Below are positions 40,477 through 54,575 of a DNA stretch of 64,000 bases, in pieces. This DNA is from Octopus vulgaris (lineage: Eukaryota): assembly GCA_951406725.2 (NCBI GenBank), contig OX597821.1, forward strand, positions 65,472,001-65,536,000. The letters run 5' to 3'. The notes beneath the pieces were generated by a model that did not search any database, had not been told where the DNA came from, and was given only the letters and a program-made list of their open reading frames with translations. Numbering within the stretch: the first letter of the stretch is position 1; each line of letters begins with the position of its first letter. The translations under genes and the position numbers were made by a program.

Positions 40477-40774
40477 GAGTAGGTTGAGTATTAAAAATAT
40501 TTAAAGAATTGTATCTGGTTGGTAGGAGAGTCAAGAACAGACTGAATCAGAGAGAAAAAGAAGTGAAAACTACCATTGTAGTTGAAGCGCCTTAAACAGA
40601 AGTCATCAGCTGCTTTGAACATTTCAAATGGTTCGGCCGCATGAACACGCCTTTGTTTACGACGTTACGATCGACAGAATTAAAGAAAGAATCTGTTTCA
40701 TCGTCGTATACAAATTTATGTTAATTCTATATATTGTTTCATGTCTTAACTTTCAAGGATACATTAAGTAAAAT

Positions 40775-41506
40775 CCTTTATCGTCGTTGCCCAGGTCTTC
40801 AGCTGCACGCCCGTGCGTTTGCGCCAGTTGGGAAGTGGGGGTGGGAGGAGGACATCACGAATTAGCTCACGCTCTGGACGCCGGGCTGCAAGACAGAACC
40901 ACATTATGCGCCGTTGCAGAAGCACCGAAGGAAGGGGCAGGAGATTCAGGTGATGACGAAGACTGGCTGTAGGAACCCGATCAATGTGTCGGCAGCGAAG
41001 AGTGCGGCGGAAACGGTCATTGTCGAACACCTCCAGCCTTCGCTGATCGACTACCCTCATAGGCCATGTTTCACAAACATAGAGGAGGATAGTACGAACG
41101 ACAGCCTGGTAGATTCGCCCTTTGGTCACCGAGGAGATCTCTCTTCTGTCCCACAGGCACCGCTAGAGGCGCACGAATGCGGATCTGGCAGCACCTGTGC
41201 GACGCTCGATCTCGGCTGCGCCCAGGCCCGTTGGAACCACCGTTGAACCCAGGTAGACGAAGGACTCCATATCCTCAAGCTCCACGCCCTCGAGAACGAT
41301 TAGCTGCCAGTCATCTGCTGCGACCAGAGACGTCATCACTTTAAAGTGGTCGGTCTGCGCAGACGGAACCGCGAATGGCTCGCTATCTCCAGTGACCTCG
41401 CACAGGACCGTGGGGCGTGGGCCGCCATGGTTCGTAATGCCGTCAGGACCAGAGAAAAAGCTGGCTCAACCCGCTCTGGGTGAACGCCGTCACAAGTACA
41501 AGTAAG
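40775..41506. mobile_element. RTE-clade LINE with 5' inversion and 11-bp TSD
   Basis: 41340-40775 minus: LEDMESFVYLGS..TKGRIYQAVVRTILLYVCETW..KTWATTIKD; 41343-41506 plus: VVGLRR..DLAQDRGAW..* and caagtacaagtaag tail; TTAAGTAAAAT at 40764 and 41507. Confidence 0.88.
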
Positions 41507-41599
41507 TTAAGTAAAATAACATTTCGAATCACACCGTATTTAATTAATACCCAGTATTTTAAATGGTATGGTAACTTTTACACTGTTCTCCTTCTATCT

Positions 41600-41818
41600 G
41601 TTTCTTTACTATCCACAAGGGGCTAAACATAGAGGGGACAAACAAACGGATTAAGTTGATTATATCGACCCCAGTGCATAACTGGTACTTATTTAATCGA
41701 CCCCGAAAGGATGAAAGGCAAAGTCGACCTCGGCGGAATTTGAACTCAGAACGTAACGGCAGACGAAATACGGCTACGCATTTCGCCCAGCGTGCTAACG
41801 TTTCTGCCAGCTCGCCGG
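41600..41818 (-). mobile_element. SINE family B
   Basis: Match to the 16232 copy. Confidence 0.88.
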
Positions 41819-41945
41819 AGAACAGTTGTTAGATACCTTGGCAACTTCAGTTTAAAATTTGCTTCGTATTTTCTTCGGGTTTTTTTTTTTTGCGGCTTCA
41901 TGAGTAGGTTGAGTATTAAAAATATTTAAAGAATTGTACCTGGTT

Positions 41946-41977
<32 letters not shown>

Positions 41978-42008
41978 CTAAGCAATTAAGGGTTTAGCAA
42001 CGAATTGC

Positions 42009-42055
<47 letters not shown>

Positions 42056-42139
42056 GGCGGAAGGAACAGAAACACAGTGCGTAACCAACAGGGCGACTAA
42101 CAGATAGATAGATAATTAGTTATATAATTAGTTAGTTAG

Positions 42140-42256
<117 letters not shown>

Positions 42257-42931
42257 CAATCAAGGGTGAAACTCAGAATCTGGATGTTGTAGCAATTAAA
42301 TTGTTAATTTCTAAACTAGTGACAATCGTTCATTAAAGAGTGAACAACATTCATTAAATGGTGAACACTGTTCATTAATTAAGAGATTCTACTTGCAGAT
42401 CTCTTGTGATTGCTTAATTAATCCATCATTACTGACCATTTACTTCGTCTTGTGCTCTTCTGTATCTTTGTGTCTGTCTTTTTCTACTTTCACATTCAAT
42501 GATATCTAAATACACATGCATATACACACACAAATGCACACATGCAGATATTTATATATGTACATACATACATACACACACACACACATATATGTATATA
42601 TAGATATATGTATGTATAGATATATGCATGTATGTATAACTAGATATACACATCAATGCATATATATATGTATATATATATACACATATATATATATATA
42701 TATGCAAATATACACCTATCTATCTATATATCTATCTATCTATCCATCTATATATATATATATATATATATATATGTTTGTATGTATGTATGTATGTATG
42801 TATGTATCTATCTATCTATATATATATATATATATATACATATATATATACAGATAGGTAGATATATATACTGATAGGTAGATAGATAGATAGATAGATA
42901 GATGGATGGATGGATATAGATATATAGATAT

Positions 42932-42987
<56 letters not shown>

Positions 42988-43022
42988 GTTTTTATATGTG
43001 TATATGTATATGTATATCTATA

Positions 43023-43109
<87 letters not shown>

Positions 43110-43444
43110 ATGTACATATATATACCTGCTTACATGCATGTATGTCTATGTAAGTATATAAAACGTTTACACATACCTACATACACCAAAACGTTCTTTT
43201 TGGCTTCATTTTCCATTTGTGTGTGTGTGTGTGTGTGTTTGCGTGTGTGTATATATACAGACAGGTATGTGTGTATACGAGCATATGCGTGTGTGATTGT
43301 GTATATGTGTTTTATAAAACGTAATATGTAAAGCGGAATATAGTGGTATGCTTCTACGACTGTACGTGGTATGTGTGTGTGTTTGTGATTACATGAGTGT
43401 TTGTATGCGAGTCTCTAAGTATGGGTTTGTGTGTATGTGTATGT

Positions 43445-43490
<46 letters not shown>

Positions 43491-43639
43491 ACGAACTAAA
43501 TTACTGGCGATGTCAAGATATGCGAGAGGTGTCTAGTTAACTAGCAATACAGAGGCCAATAGTTCAGGTCCAGGGCAGATTTCAGACCTTATAGCTAGTT
43601 TCTAAACACGTCAATATAACATTCATTGTCAACCATCAA

Positions 43640-43677
43640 CGAGGCCGACGCCACGACCACCACGACCGCTATCATCG

Positions 43678-43716
<39 letters not shown>

Positions 43717-44598
43717 CCACCGTTATCGTCGTCACCACCACCACCACCACCAAGCATATCAGAGACCGCCTATAATACCATTATCCCGTCGGCACTATCA
43801 CCTCCACTGCCATTACTACCATCTCGCACATCCACCCATATTCTCTTCCTCCTCCTCCTCCTCCTCCTCCACCTCCTCCGCATCATCATCATCATCATCA
43901 TCATCACCACCACCATCACCATCATCATCACCACCATCATCAACATCAACATCATCACCACCATCATCACCATCAACATCATCACCACCACCATCACCAC
44001 CATCACCGCTACCATGACTACCACCATCAGCGTCACCATCACCACCATCAATGCCACACCAACATCACCACTACTATTATCTTCATCATCATCATCCCCA
44101 TTATAGCCTTTACCATCACCGCTACAATCGCCAACACCTCCTTCACCATTTTAATGCTCATCATCATCATCATCATCATCATCATCACTACCACTACCAC
44201 CATCATCAGCATCATCTTCATCACAAGCATCATCATCATCATTATCCCAATCACCACGATCGCCATCATCACCACCATTATCATCATCATCAACAACAAC
44301 AACAACAACAGCAGCAGCAACAACAACAAAAACAACAAGACCACCACATCCAACGCTGGCAGCTACACTAACAAATTCATTGAAAGTTCAATTAGCCTTT
44401 AAATATAATTAATTAATTAATCAAACTATCAATCGTTGATGACAAGCACCATGAAGTAGGCAGGTGGAGTGGGGTGGGGCAGTTTCTAATTAACAGGATT
44501 CGAACATGGAAGCGACTTTCTTCAACTGATCATACAGTGATTGATACAACACACGAGCATAAACACTGCTCGTCTGGATATAACTACTGCTACTGCTG

Positions 44599-44652
<54 letters not shown>

Positions 44653-44955
44653 TCATCACTACCACCACTACGACTACTACCACCACCACAACTACTACTA
44701 CCACTACCACTATTACTACCACGACGACGACGACGACGACGGCCACCACCACCACCACTACTACTACTACTACTACCACCACCACCACCAACACCAACAC
44801 CACCACCAACACCAACACCAACACCAACACCACCACCAACACCACCACTAACACCAACACCACCACCACCACTACTACTACTACTACCTCTACCACCACC
44901 ACCACTACTACTACCACCACCACCAACACCACCACCACTACCACTACTACTACTA
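43640..44955. repeat. Mosaic trinucleotide low-complexity region (CAT/CAC/CAA/TAC)
   Basis: Direct inspection; poly-H/T/V/M ORFs are artefacts. Confidence 0.9.
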
Positions 44956-44964
44956 GAAGACGAC

Positions 44965-46030
44965 ACTTCTTTGGCAGCCTAAAGAAGAAGGCGTGGCGAT
45001 CATCACGATTGACTCGGTTGATAATAGAATCCGTCCTACATACAGCAACAGCTGTTAGACAAAACTCTACAAGTCAACAATGCCCGGACACTAGGCGAAT
45101 GCATACTGAAAGGTTTCATCGTCCTCTGCACCTCTCTGTCTGATAGCACTTCCGAGCCTGCTGAGCTTGTCTCGAACCAGCAGAGCTCCCCGGTAGTACT
45201 TCCAGACTGTGGATTCCTGGAAATTATCCATAGGCCCCGGTTTAAAATTCCTTCGGCGAAGACCAGCTAATTGATTCCTCCAGAAGCTCAGAGCTTTACC
45301 GTATTGTCATTATATTTTCTCGCTACTAATCTCCTATATCGCATTGCCTGACTGGCAGAAGGCTGTGAGTACTTGCCGACACTCCAGGTACAGCCTAGTT
45401 CATGCAGCATGCTCTTCGAAACAGTCAAATTCCTTAGTAATTGCTCTCGAGCCAGCACGTACAGGAGAGGTGAGAGTGGGCATCCACCCTATCAAAAGCT
45501 TTTGATTGATTCAAACTGTTCATGGGTCCACCCATGCAAGGTCCCTTACCCACCTTCTCTGTGTTGTAGCGCGTGAAACGGAGTTTCTCGTAGATTTGTT
45601 TGGGATAGTGCTTTTCTGCTTATCAACGACAAGTGCCAACCTATTGGCTAACGTCTTGGCCAAAGTCTTATAATCTCTGTTCAGCAGAGTTATGGACTCA
45701 AAATTATCTATTTGGTACTCCTTATTCGGGTCCTTTCTCAGCAGCACCACTACGTCACAGTTCACAACACTGGGGATTTTTCCTGTTCTGCTGTCAGTTG
45801 CACTAGACACAAGCCAAGAGATCACCGAACAAGTCTGGCATCTAAAAATGAACTTCGGAGGGCCGACTATCCAGCCTCGAAGACTTCTCCCTTGTGCAGC
45901 TCGTATGTCTTCGGCTACTATCGGCACTTCGACGAACTCCGCATCCTTGACTGTAAGGTAGGAGGTGAAATCCACCTCCATCTCCGACTCACCATAAGAA
46001 AACATCGGCCACGAACTAGACTGACAGCGA
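44965..46030 (-). mobile_element. Old, internally deleted Tx1-clade LINE
   Basis: GKIP..VVVLLRKDPNK..IDNFESITLLNRDYKTLAKTLANRL (RT N-term) and PGPMDNFQ..VRDKL..DET..CP, homologous to the 35050 copy. Confidence 0.75.
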
Positions 46031-46401
46031 CGTATTGAGAGGGTGGGAGACCGAACTGGTTCGGCTTTATAATAGGAGGGTCACTTATACTAGAATTTTC
46101 CAAATACCAGAGCTTGTGGGAAACTGCCTACAAGGTGAATCACTCAGGTCCGTGAATGAAGACAGGTCCTGTGTTTGCAATTACGGATGACAAATTTTAC
46201 GATCGAAGTGGGGAAGGGGTTGATGCTGTAATTGAGACTGACAGGGATAGAGAGTGAGAGAGAGAAAGAGACAGAGATAGGAGAGAGACAGACAGACTGA
46301 CAGAGACACAGGGAGAGACAGAAAGGGAGAGAGGGTTTGAGGGTTTGTAGCGGACTGAGAGACGAATGATAAGGAAGCACGCACACACACTCACACACAC
46401 T

Positions 46402-46432
<31 letters not shown>

Positions 46433-46451
46433 ACACACACTCACACACACA

Positions 46452-46481
<30 letters not shown>

Positions 46482-46483
<2 letters not shown>

Positions 46484-46704
46484 GAGGAGGGGTGCGCTTG
46501 AAAACTTCCTGGCTTTGAGTTTTAAAAAATAGCACAGGAGAATCAGACAATTATGATTTTATTCCACATATTTCCCCTCTCAGATTCACACACTTATTGC
46601 AGTGATCCTTCAGCTTGTCCAACCCTGTAAAAGAATTCGGAAGTTTTGGCCTCCAGCCAGACATTTCGCGAGCCCCTTAAAGCCAGGAGCTCTTCGGCAC
46701 CCTC

Positions 46705-46708
<4 letters not shown>
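46482..46708 (-). mobile_element. mariner-derived MITE
   Basis: ~30-bp TIRs (gaggggtgcg..aacttcctggcttt / aaagccaggagctcttcggcaccctc); interior reads WLEAKTSEFF..LKDHCNKCVNLRG.YVE* across frameshifts. Confidence 0.8.
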
Positions 46709-46766
<58 letters not shown>

Positions 46767-46799
46767 GATACATATATATATATAGATACATATATAAAT

Positions 46800-49407
46800 G
46801 TATCTCTTATTATAAAAGGCAGATTTTATCTGCCTCCCTTTGGGAGTTATACAAATCTACAATATAGGATTTCTTCAATTACAATTTACCTGGCATTTTT
46901 AAGAGTACAATGTATCGCGTCATGCCAGCTCCAGTTTTTAAAATTTAAACTCCAATTAAGCAAAATTTACAGAAAACTCACGTTCTGGTGTGTGTGTCAA
47001 ATGCTTTTCTTAGTCTGGTTTACACCACACGCAAACGCACACACACAGTGGGCAACGAATAAAATGAAAGTAAATAGCGACAGAGTGATTTGAGGAAGCC
47101 TAAACTGAAAGTAATTAAACCACTACTCAAAAAATAAAAAAACACAGCAAACAGAAACAAATAAATACATAACCATTTAGTCCTCACACAATTTCTTCAA
47201 TTAGAATTTACCTAAGATTTTTCAAAGTACTCCATTCGCTCATGCCATAATATATTTCTTTCAATTTCACCCCCAATTAAGACAAAATTCGAGAAAACTC
47301 AATATTTTAACATATCACTCCGAAAGCATTGATGTACATGTGTGCTTGCGAGAGTGTGTGTGTGTCATTCCTCACACACACGCATACACATACATATACA
47401 ACTACATACAACTACATACACATACAACTACATACAAACACGTGTGTGTTTGTTATTAGTAAAAAAGGCGCAAAAACACAACTCACTTATCATTCCAACA
47501 CATTTGCAAAGACACACGGAGGACAGAAAAGGTAAATTGGTTTTTATTTTACTCTGTATATATTTTATTATATAATATTATATATAGATATATGTATACA
47601 TAATTGCAGTATGAAACAGTGTTTATGTATAAACAGACGACACTTATATATAGTTACCAAGCCGCCCGAATTTACCTATTCATATTTAAATGAGAATATC
47701 AGAGCAAATCTCTTTAGTACATTCGTGAAAACACGTATTATACTTCGTAAACACTTCAACTACAGTTTTGTACAAAAATCGAAGTGTAATTTTAATTCCG
47801 TGAATTATGGGAGATTTTTTTCCGAAATTTGTTCCTATTGTGTTTTCAAAATTTGTAATTCTGACAAAAAATGGATACGAATTTCATTATATCAAGCAGC
47901 GAGTCAGAATTCGAAGGATTTTCTACTGAAGACCTTCATAAATCTAACTCTATGACTGAAAAAAAAAAAGCATCTTTATATAAGAGTGAAGTTGTGTGTC
48001 TGTCTCCTACGATTTCGATTCCTAACTACTCCCACATTTTGCGGTGCAGTTTAACCAAAAGCGGGTATCTTATAGTCGTGATTCATATCGAGCCCTTCTG
48101 GGTATCTCTTATTATAAAAGGCAGATTTTATCTGCCTCCCTTTGGGAGTTATACAAATCTACAATATAGGATTTCTTCAATTACAATTTACCTGGCATTT
48201 TTAAGAGTACAATGTATCGCGTCATGCCAGCTCCAGTTTTTAAAATTTAAACTCCAATTAAGCAAAATTTACAGAAAACTCACGTTCTGGTGTGTGTGTC
48301 AAATGCTTTTCTTAGTCTGGTTTACACCACACGCAAACGCACACACACAGTGGGCAACGAATAAAATGAAAGTAAATAGCGACAGAGTGATTTGAGGAAG
48401 CCTAAACTGAAAGTAATTAAACCACTACTCAAAAAATAAAAAAACACAGCAAACAGAAACAAATAAATACATAACCATTTAGTCCTCACACAATTTCTTC
48501 AATTAGAATTTACCTAAGATTTTTCAAAGTACTCCATTCGCTCATGCCATAATATATTTCTTTCAATTTCACCCCCAATTAAGACAAAATTCGAGAAAAC
48601 TCAATATTTTAACATATCACTCCGAAAGCATTGATGTACATGTGTGCTTGCGAGAGTGTGTGTGTGTCATTCCTCACACACACGCATACACATACATATA
48701 CAACTACATACAACTACATACACATACAACTACATACAAACACGTGTGTGTTTGTTATTAGTAAAAAAGGCGCAAAAACACAACTCACTTATCATTCCAA
48801 CACATTTGCAAAGACACACGGAGGACAGAAAAGGTAAATTGGTTTTTATTTTACTCTGTATATATTTTATTATATAATATTATATATAGATATATGTATA
48901 CATAATTGCAGTATGAAACAGTGTTTATGTATAAACAGACGACACTTATATATAGTTACCAAGCCGCCCGAATTTACCTATTCATATTTAAATGAGAATA
49001 TCAGAGCAAATCTCTTTAGTACATTCGTGAAAACACGTATTATACTTCGTAAACACTTCAACTACAGTTTTGTACAAAAATCGAAGTGTAATTTTAATTC
49101 CGTGAATTATGGGAGATTTTTTTCCGAAATTTGTTCCTATTGTGTTTTCAAAATTTGTAATTCTGACAAAAAATGGATACGAATTTCATTATATCAAGCA
49201 GCGAGTCAGAATTCGAAGGATTTTCTACTGAAGACCTTCATAAATCTAACTCTATGACTGAAAAAAAAAAAGCATCTTTATATAAGAGTGAAGTTGTGTG
49301 TCTGTCTCCTACGATTTCGATTCCTAACTACTCCCACATTTTGCGGTGCAGTTTAACCAAAAGCGGGTATCTTATAGTCGTGATTCATATCGAGCCCTTC
49401 TGGGTAT
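46800..49407. repeat. 1302-bp direct tandem duplication
   Basis: 46800-48101 repeated at 48102-49403; identical ORF translations offset by 1302; GTAT microhomology at the junction. Confidence 0.95.
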
Positions 49408-49657
49408 TAGCGTGCGTCTACGATGAGTCTACGATTTAAAAAAAATTTACCATCATATTTTTCCATTTTAATGCATTTTTTTCGCTTTTATATAAGGGAA
49501 GTAACTCTCTAAAAATATCTACGATGTGTCAACGATTTAAAAAATATTTACCTTAATTTTTTTTCAATTTTTAATGCATTTTATGGCTATAACTCTCTAA
49601 AAATGCTTATATAGTTATTTCCCTTACAAACCCGAGCAACGCCGGGCGATACTGCTA

Positions 49658-49658
<1 letters not shown>
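46803..49658 (+). mobile_element. Composite non-autonomous Helitron
   Basis: A|TC 5' end (tctcttattataaaag), 3' hairpin cccgagcaacgccggg then CTAG|T; internal second TC end at 47973 and 49275. Confidence 0.8.
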
Positions 49659-49696
<38 letters not shown>

Positions 49697-50279
49697 CATA
49701 TATATATACATTTCCAATAACTGCCTGCGATTTAAAAACAAACAAACAAATACCATGAGCGTTGTTCAGTTGAACGAGAAAAAGAAACGGCAGATACTCC
49801 ATAAATGTGTATGTATGTGTGTATTTGAGAGTGAGTATATATGCGTGCATGCGTGCGTACGGGCGCTCGTGTGCGTTGTGTAAAACATACACACATTCAT
49901 TATCAAGCCATCACCTTTTCACGAGGAGTTGGTGTCGCTATGGTGATTAAATTGATAAGACATATATATGTAAAGCAAAGCAGTAACGGCAAATGTAACG
50001 ATATTTAACGGCTGTATCAGGAAAGACAAAATCTGGGGAATATGAAAATTTGAAACAAGAAACACACGTACATACACACATAATACAATAAAGTGTTACA
50101 GTTTTAACAGGAATATAATAACAGAACGACAAGGAAATTCGTATTAAAACATTTTAAATTAGCAAACGGAAAATATAAGAAGATGCAAAGGACACTACCA
50201 CATGAGAAACACAAAACGGTTGATGTGCATGTAAGTGGATGACATTAACTGTTTACTGTTTATTCATTGTCAGTATGGC

Positions 50280-51232
50280 TCGCCGGGTGAAATGCGTAGC
50301 CGTATTTCGTCTGCCGTTATGCTGTGAGTTCAAATTCCACCGAGGTCGATTTGCCTTTCATCCTTTCGGGGTCGATAAATTAAGTACCAGTTACGCACTG
50401 GGGTCGATGTAATCGACTTAATACCTATGTCTGTCCTTGTTTGTACCCTCTGTGTTTAGCCCCTTGTGGGTAATAAAGAAATACGTATTTCGTCTGCCGT
50501 TATGCTGTGAGTTCAAATTCCACCGAGGTCGATTTGCCTTTCATCCTTTCGGGGTCGATTAAATAAGTACCAGTTACGTACTGGGATCGATATAATCGAC
50601 TTAATCCCTTTGTCTGTCCTTGTTTGTCTCCTCTGTGTTTAGACCCTTGTGGGTAGTAAAGAAATAGGCACTAGGGTCGATGTAATCGACTTAATAAGCC
50701 CTTTGTCTGCTCCTGTGGGCAATAAGGAAATAAATATTGCTTTGGTGTAAGGCGGCGAGCTGGCAGAAACGTTAGCACACCGGGCGATATGCTTAGCAGT
50801 ATTTCGTCTGCCGTTACGTTCTGAGTTCAAATTCCGCCTAGGTTGACTTTGCCTTTCATCCTTTCGGGGTCGATAAATTAAGTACCAGTCACGCACCGGG
50901 GTCGATGTAATCGACTTAATCTGTTTGTCTGTCTTGTTTGTCCCTCTGTGGTTAGCCCCTTGTGGGTAGTAAAGAAATAGGTATTTCGTCTGTCGTTACG
51001 TTCTGAGTTCAAGTTTCGCCGAGGTCGACTTTGCATTTCATCCTTTTGGGATCGATTAAATAAGTACGAGTTATGGACTGGGGTCGATGTAATCGACTTA
51101 ATGCCTCTCTCTTTTAGTGTGTTCCCCCTCTATGTTTAGCCCCTTGCGGGCGATAAAGAAATAAGTATTGCTTCGGTGAAAGGCGGCGAGCTGGCAGAAA
51201 GGTTAGCACGCTGTATTTCGTCTGCCGTTACG
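50280..51232 (+). mobile_element. Tandem cluster of SINE family B units
   Basis: About four full body units plus fragments; heads at ~50280, 50752 and 51182. Confidence 0.88.
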
Positions 51233-51484
51233 AAAAATGAGTAGTACCTGTGTTTCAAAGGGCCGGCCTTGCTACACTCTGTGTCACGCCGAGTCTCTCT
51301 GAAAACTACGTAAAGGATACACGTCTCTGTGGAGTGCTCAGAGCCACTTGCACGTTGATTTCACGACCAAGCTGTACCGTTGGTCCTATCAGCTGGGTCC
51401 CTCTTCGTCGTAACCGACGGAGTGCTCTTATGTTTATTTGTACGTACGTACGTACGTACGTATGTATGTATGTATGTATGTATG

Positions 51485-51515
<31 letters not shown>

Positions 51516-51596
51516 GCATGCATGCATGTATGTATATATATATATATATTAGCATATACAATTAAATATAAATATATATATATACATATGTATATA

Positions 51597-51652
<56 letters not shown>

Positions 51653-51689
51653 CATTGCCGCGTTCAAAACTGAAACAAAAGTATCGCCA

Positions 51690-52428
51690 TCATCACCACC
51701 ATTATTCGTTCCTGTTAATTCTGAAGACTACGCTTCACTTTTCCATTACCATCGTCATCACTGCTATCGTCATCACCACAATAACTATCAACAATATTGT
51801 CACTGTATTCCATCATTCGTTGGTGCCGGGTTACATCAACGCCGTGTCATCATCATCATCATCATCATCATCATCTCCACCACCATCATCATCATTATCA
51901 TGATCGCCATCATCGTCAACATTATCATCATCATTATCAGCATCACCATCGTCGGCATCATCGTCGGGGTTGTCGTCAGCATCATCATCACCACCACCAC
52001 CACCACCACCACTACGACCATCATCGTCGTCATTATCATCATCATCATCATCAGCATCGTCATATTCATCATGATCATCATGGTCATCTTGATGATGATG
52101 ATGATCATCATCATCATCATGATCATCATCATCATCATGATCATCATCATCATTGTTACCACTTTCACAACCACCACAACCAACAGTGCAAACTCCACCT
52201 TTGTTATTTACTACCGCAGATCGTTTAGTTTAGCATCGACCAATCAACCGCCGTCATCATCACCACCACCACCACCACGACTACTACCATCACCATCAGC
52301 ATCGCCGCCGCCACCACAGTCACCACTACCAGCATTCACAATCACCACCACCACCACCACCACCGCGAACGCCGCCACCACTACCCACCACCAACACTAC
52401 AATTACCACTGATATCAACAAAATCCGA

Positions 52429-52463
<35 letters not shown>

Positions 52464-52817
52464 CCACCACCACTACCGCCGCTACCACATGCCTCAGTAA
52501 AACCATCGCAACCATTATTAAGATCCAACGTTTGCACCAAGGCAAACGAAACACCACCACTAACAGCATCACCACCAACACCACTACCTAATCTCCCTCC
52601 TCCTCCTCCTATCAATAATGCTACTACTACTACTACCACTGCCGCTGCTGCTACTAGCGACCCTTCAACTAGCTGTTCTCCCCACCCCACCCCCAAAGAA
52701 TGGTGTAATTATGCTGTCAATATGAAGGCATTTGTGTTCTAAGAGTGCAACACTGTCTAAATCTAATCTCCCGGTATTGTCATTGCTTTTGTTCGGCTTT
52801 GATGGCCTCACTGGGTT

Positions 52818-52875
<58 letters not shown>

Positions 52876-52948
52876 ACTACTACTACTGCTACTGCTGCTG
52901 CTAATACTATACTGCTTCTACAGCCACTACTACTACTACTACTACTAT

Positions 52949-53012
<64 letters not shown>

Positions 53013-53256
53013 AATACTACTACTGCTACTACTACTACTATTACTACTACTACTACTACTACTACTACTGCTACTGCTGCTGCTGCTGCTGCTGCTAATA
53101 CTACTACTGCTTCTACAGCCACTACTACTACTACTAATACTACTACTACGACGACGACGACTCAGTCACTGCTGCTACAGCTGGTACTATTTCCCCACCA
53201 CCACAACTACTGCTGTTACTGCTGCTGCTACTACTACTGGTGGTAGAACGGTGTAG

Positions 53257-53329
<73 letters not shown>

Positions 53330-53870
53330 AGCGATGATGATGATGATAAGGGATTATAACAATAGCGGTTGCAGGTGATTGATGGTAGTGGTGTTGGTTT
53401 TGGAAATTATGACGATGATGATGATAGTGATGACGATGTTGGCGATGATGACGATGTAGAGATGAAGGATCTGAAGGAGGAAGAGGGGGTAGAAAAAGAA
53501 GCACTACCGGGGGAGAAGAGGCACGGGAGGACATTGATGAAGATTACAAAGATGATGATGATGGTGATGATGATGATGATGATTATGATGATGATGAAGG
53601 TGATGATGGAGGAGAAGAATGGAGGAGAAGAGTGGAGGAACAGATGAATAAGGCTGAAGAAGCTTTGATGATGGAGATGACGATAATGATGAAGAGGAGA
53701 AGGAGGATAATGATGATGGAGAGATAAATAGGAGGAGGAGGACGACGACGACGACGACGACGATAATGATGATGATAGTGAGGAGGAGGAGGGGAGGAGT
53801 ACAGTGATGATGGCGATGAAAATAATAATGATAAGGATAATGATGATGATGATGATGACGATGATGATGA
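51690..53870. repeat. Trinucleotide low-complexity block (CAT/CAC, CTA/CTG, GAT)
   Basis: Direct inspection. Confidence 0.9.
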
Positions 53871-54164
53871 TAAGGGCCCATTTGAAGCTGAAGACTGTCG
53901 GTGCCGAGAGGATGGTGCTGATACAGGATAAAGGTGACTGGTGATTATAGGATGGCTGGTTACAAATTCGAATATGTCGCGAAAGGATTCTAATCCAAGC
54001 TATGTCCTCCTGAAGCACATCTGCATGTCCCGGTTATCAAATGTACGTTTGCAGATACAGACATTTCATTTTATACGAGGCAAACATAATAGTGAAGGAA
54101 TACATACAAGTTGGAAGTCCGTGCGATTCATTCTTTTTTCATTCTTTTTTCACTCTCTCCTATT

Positions 54165-54357
54165 TGTTTCAATCGTTTGACTGCGGCCATACTGGAGCAA
54201 CGCCTTTAGTCGAACAAATCGACCCCAGGACTTATTCTTTATAAAGCTAGTACTCGTTCCATCGTCTTTTTTTGCCGAACCGCTAAGTTACAGGGGCGTA
54301 ACCACACCAACATCGGTTGTCAAGCGATGGTAGGGTGACAAACACAGACGCACAAAC

Positions 54358-54402
<45 letters not shown>

Positions 54403-54575
54403 TATATATATATACGACGAGCTTCTTTCAGTTTCCGTCTACCAAATCCACTCGCAGAGCTTTGTTCGACCCGAGGCTATAGTCGAAAACTCTTCCCCAA
54501 GGTGCCACGCAGTGGGACTGAACCCTGAACCATGTGGTTGGTAAGCAAGCTACTTACCACACAGCCACTCCTACG
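54165..54575 (-). mobile_element. SINE family A
   Basis: Reverse complement of the 11576 copy. Confidence 0.9.

Noticed and set aside
46602-49439. Duplicated 114-174 aa ORFs as a gene pair
   Set aside because: They lie inside a non-autonomous Helitron and its tandem duplication; no Rep/helicase or other motif is recognisable.
51522-54018. His-, Thr-, Met- or Ile-rich ORFs up to 296 aa (also 43770-45143 and 60117-61393)
   Set aside because: Trinucleotide mosaics open in most frames, with no domain-like sequence.
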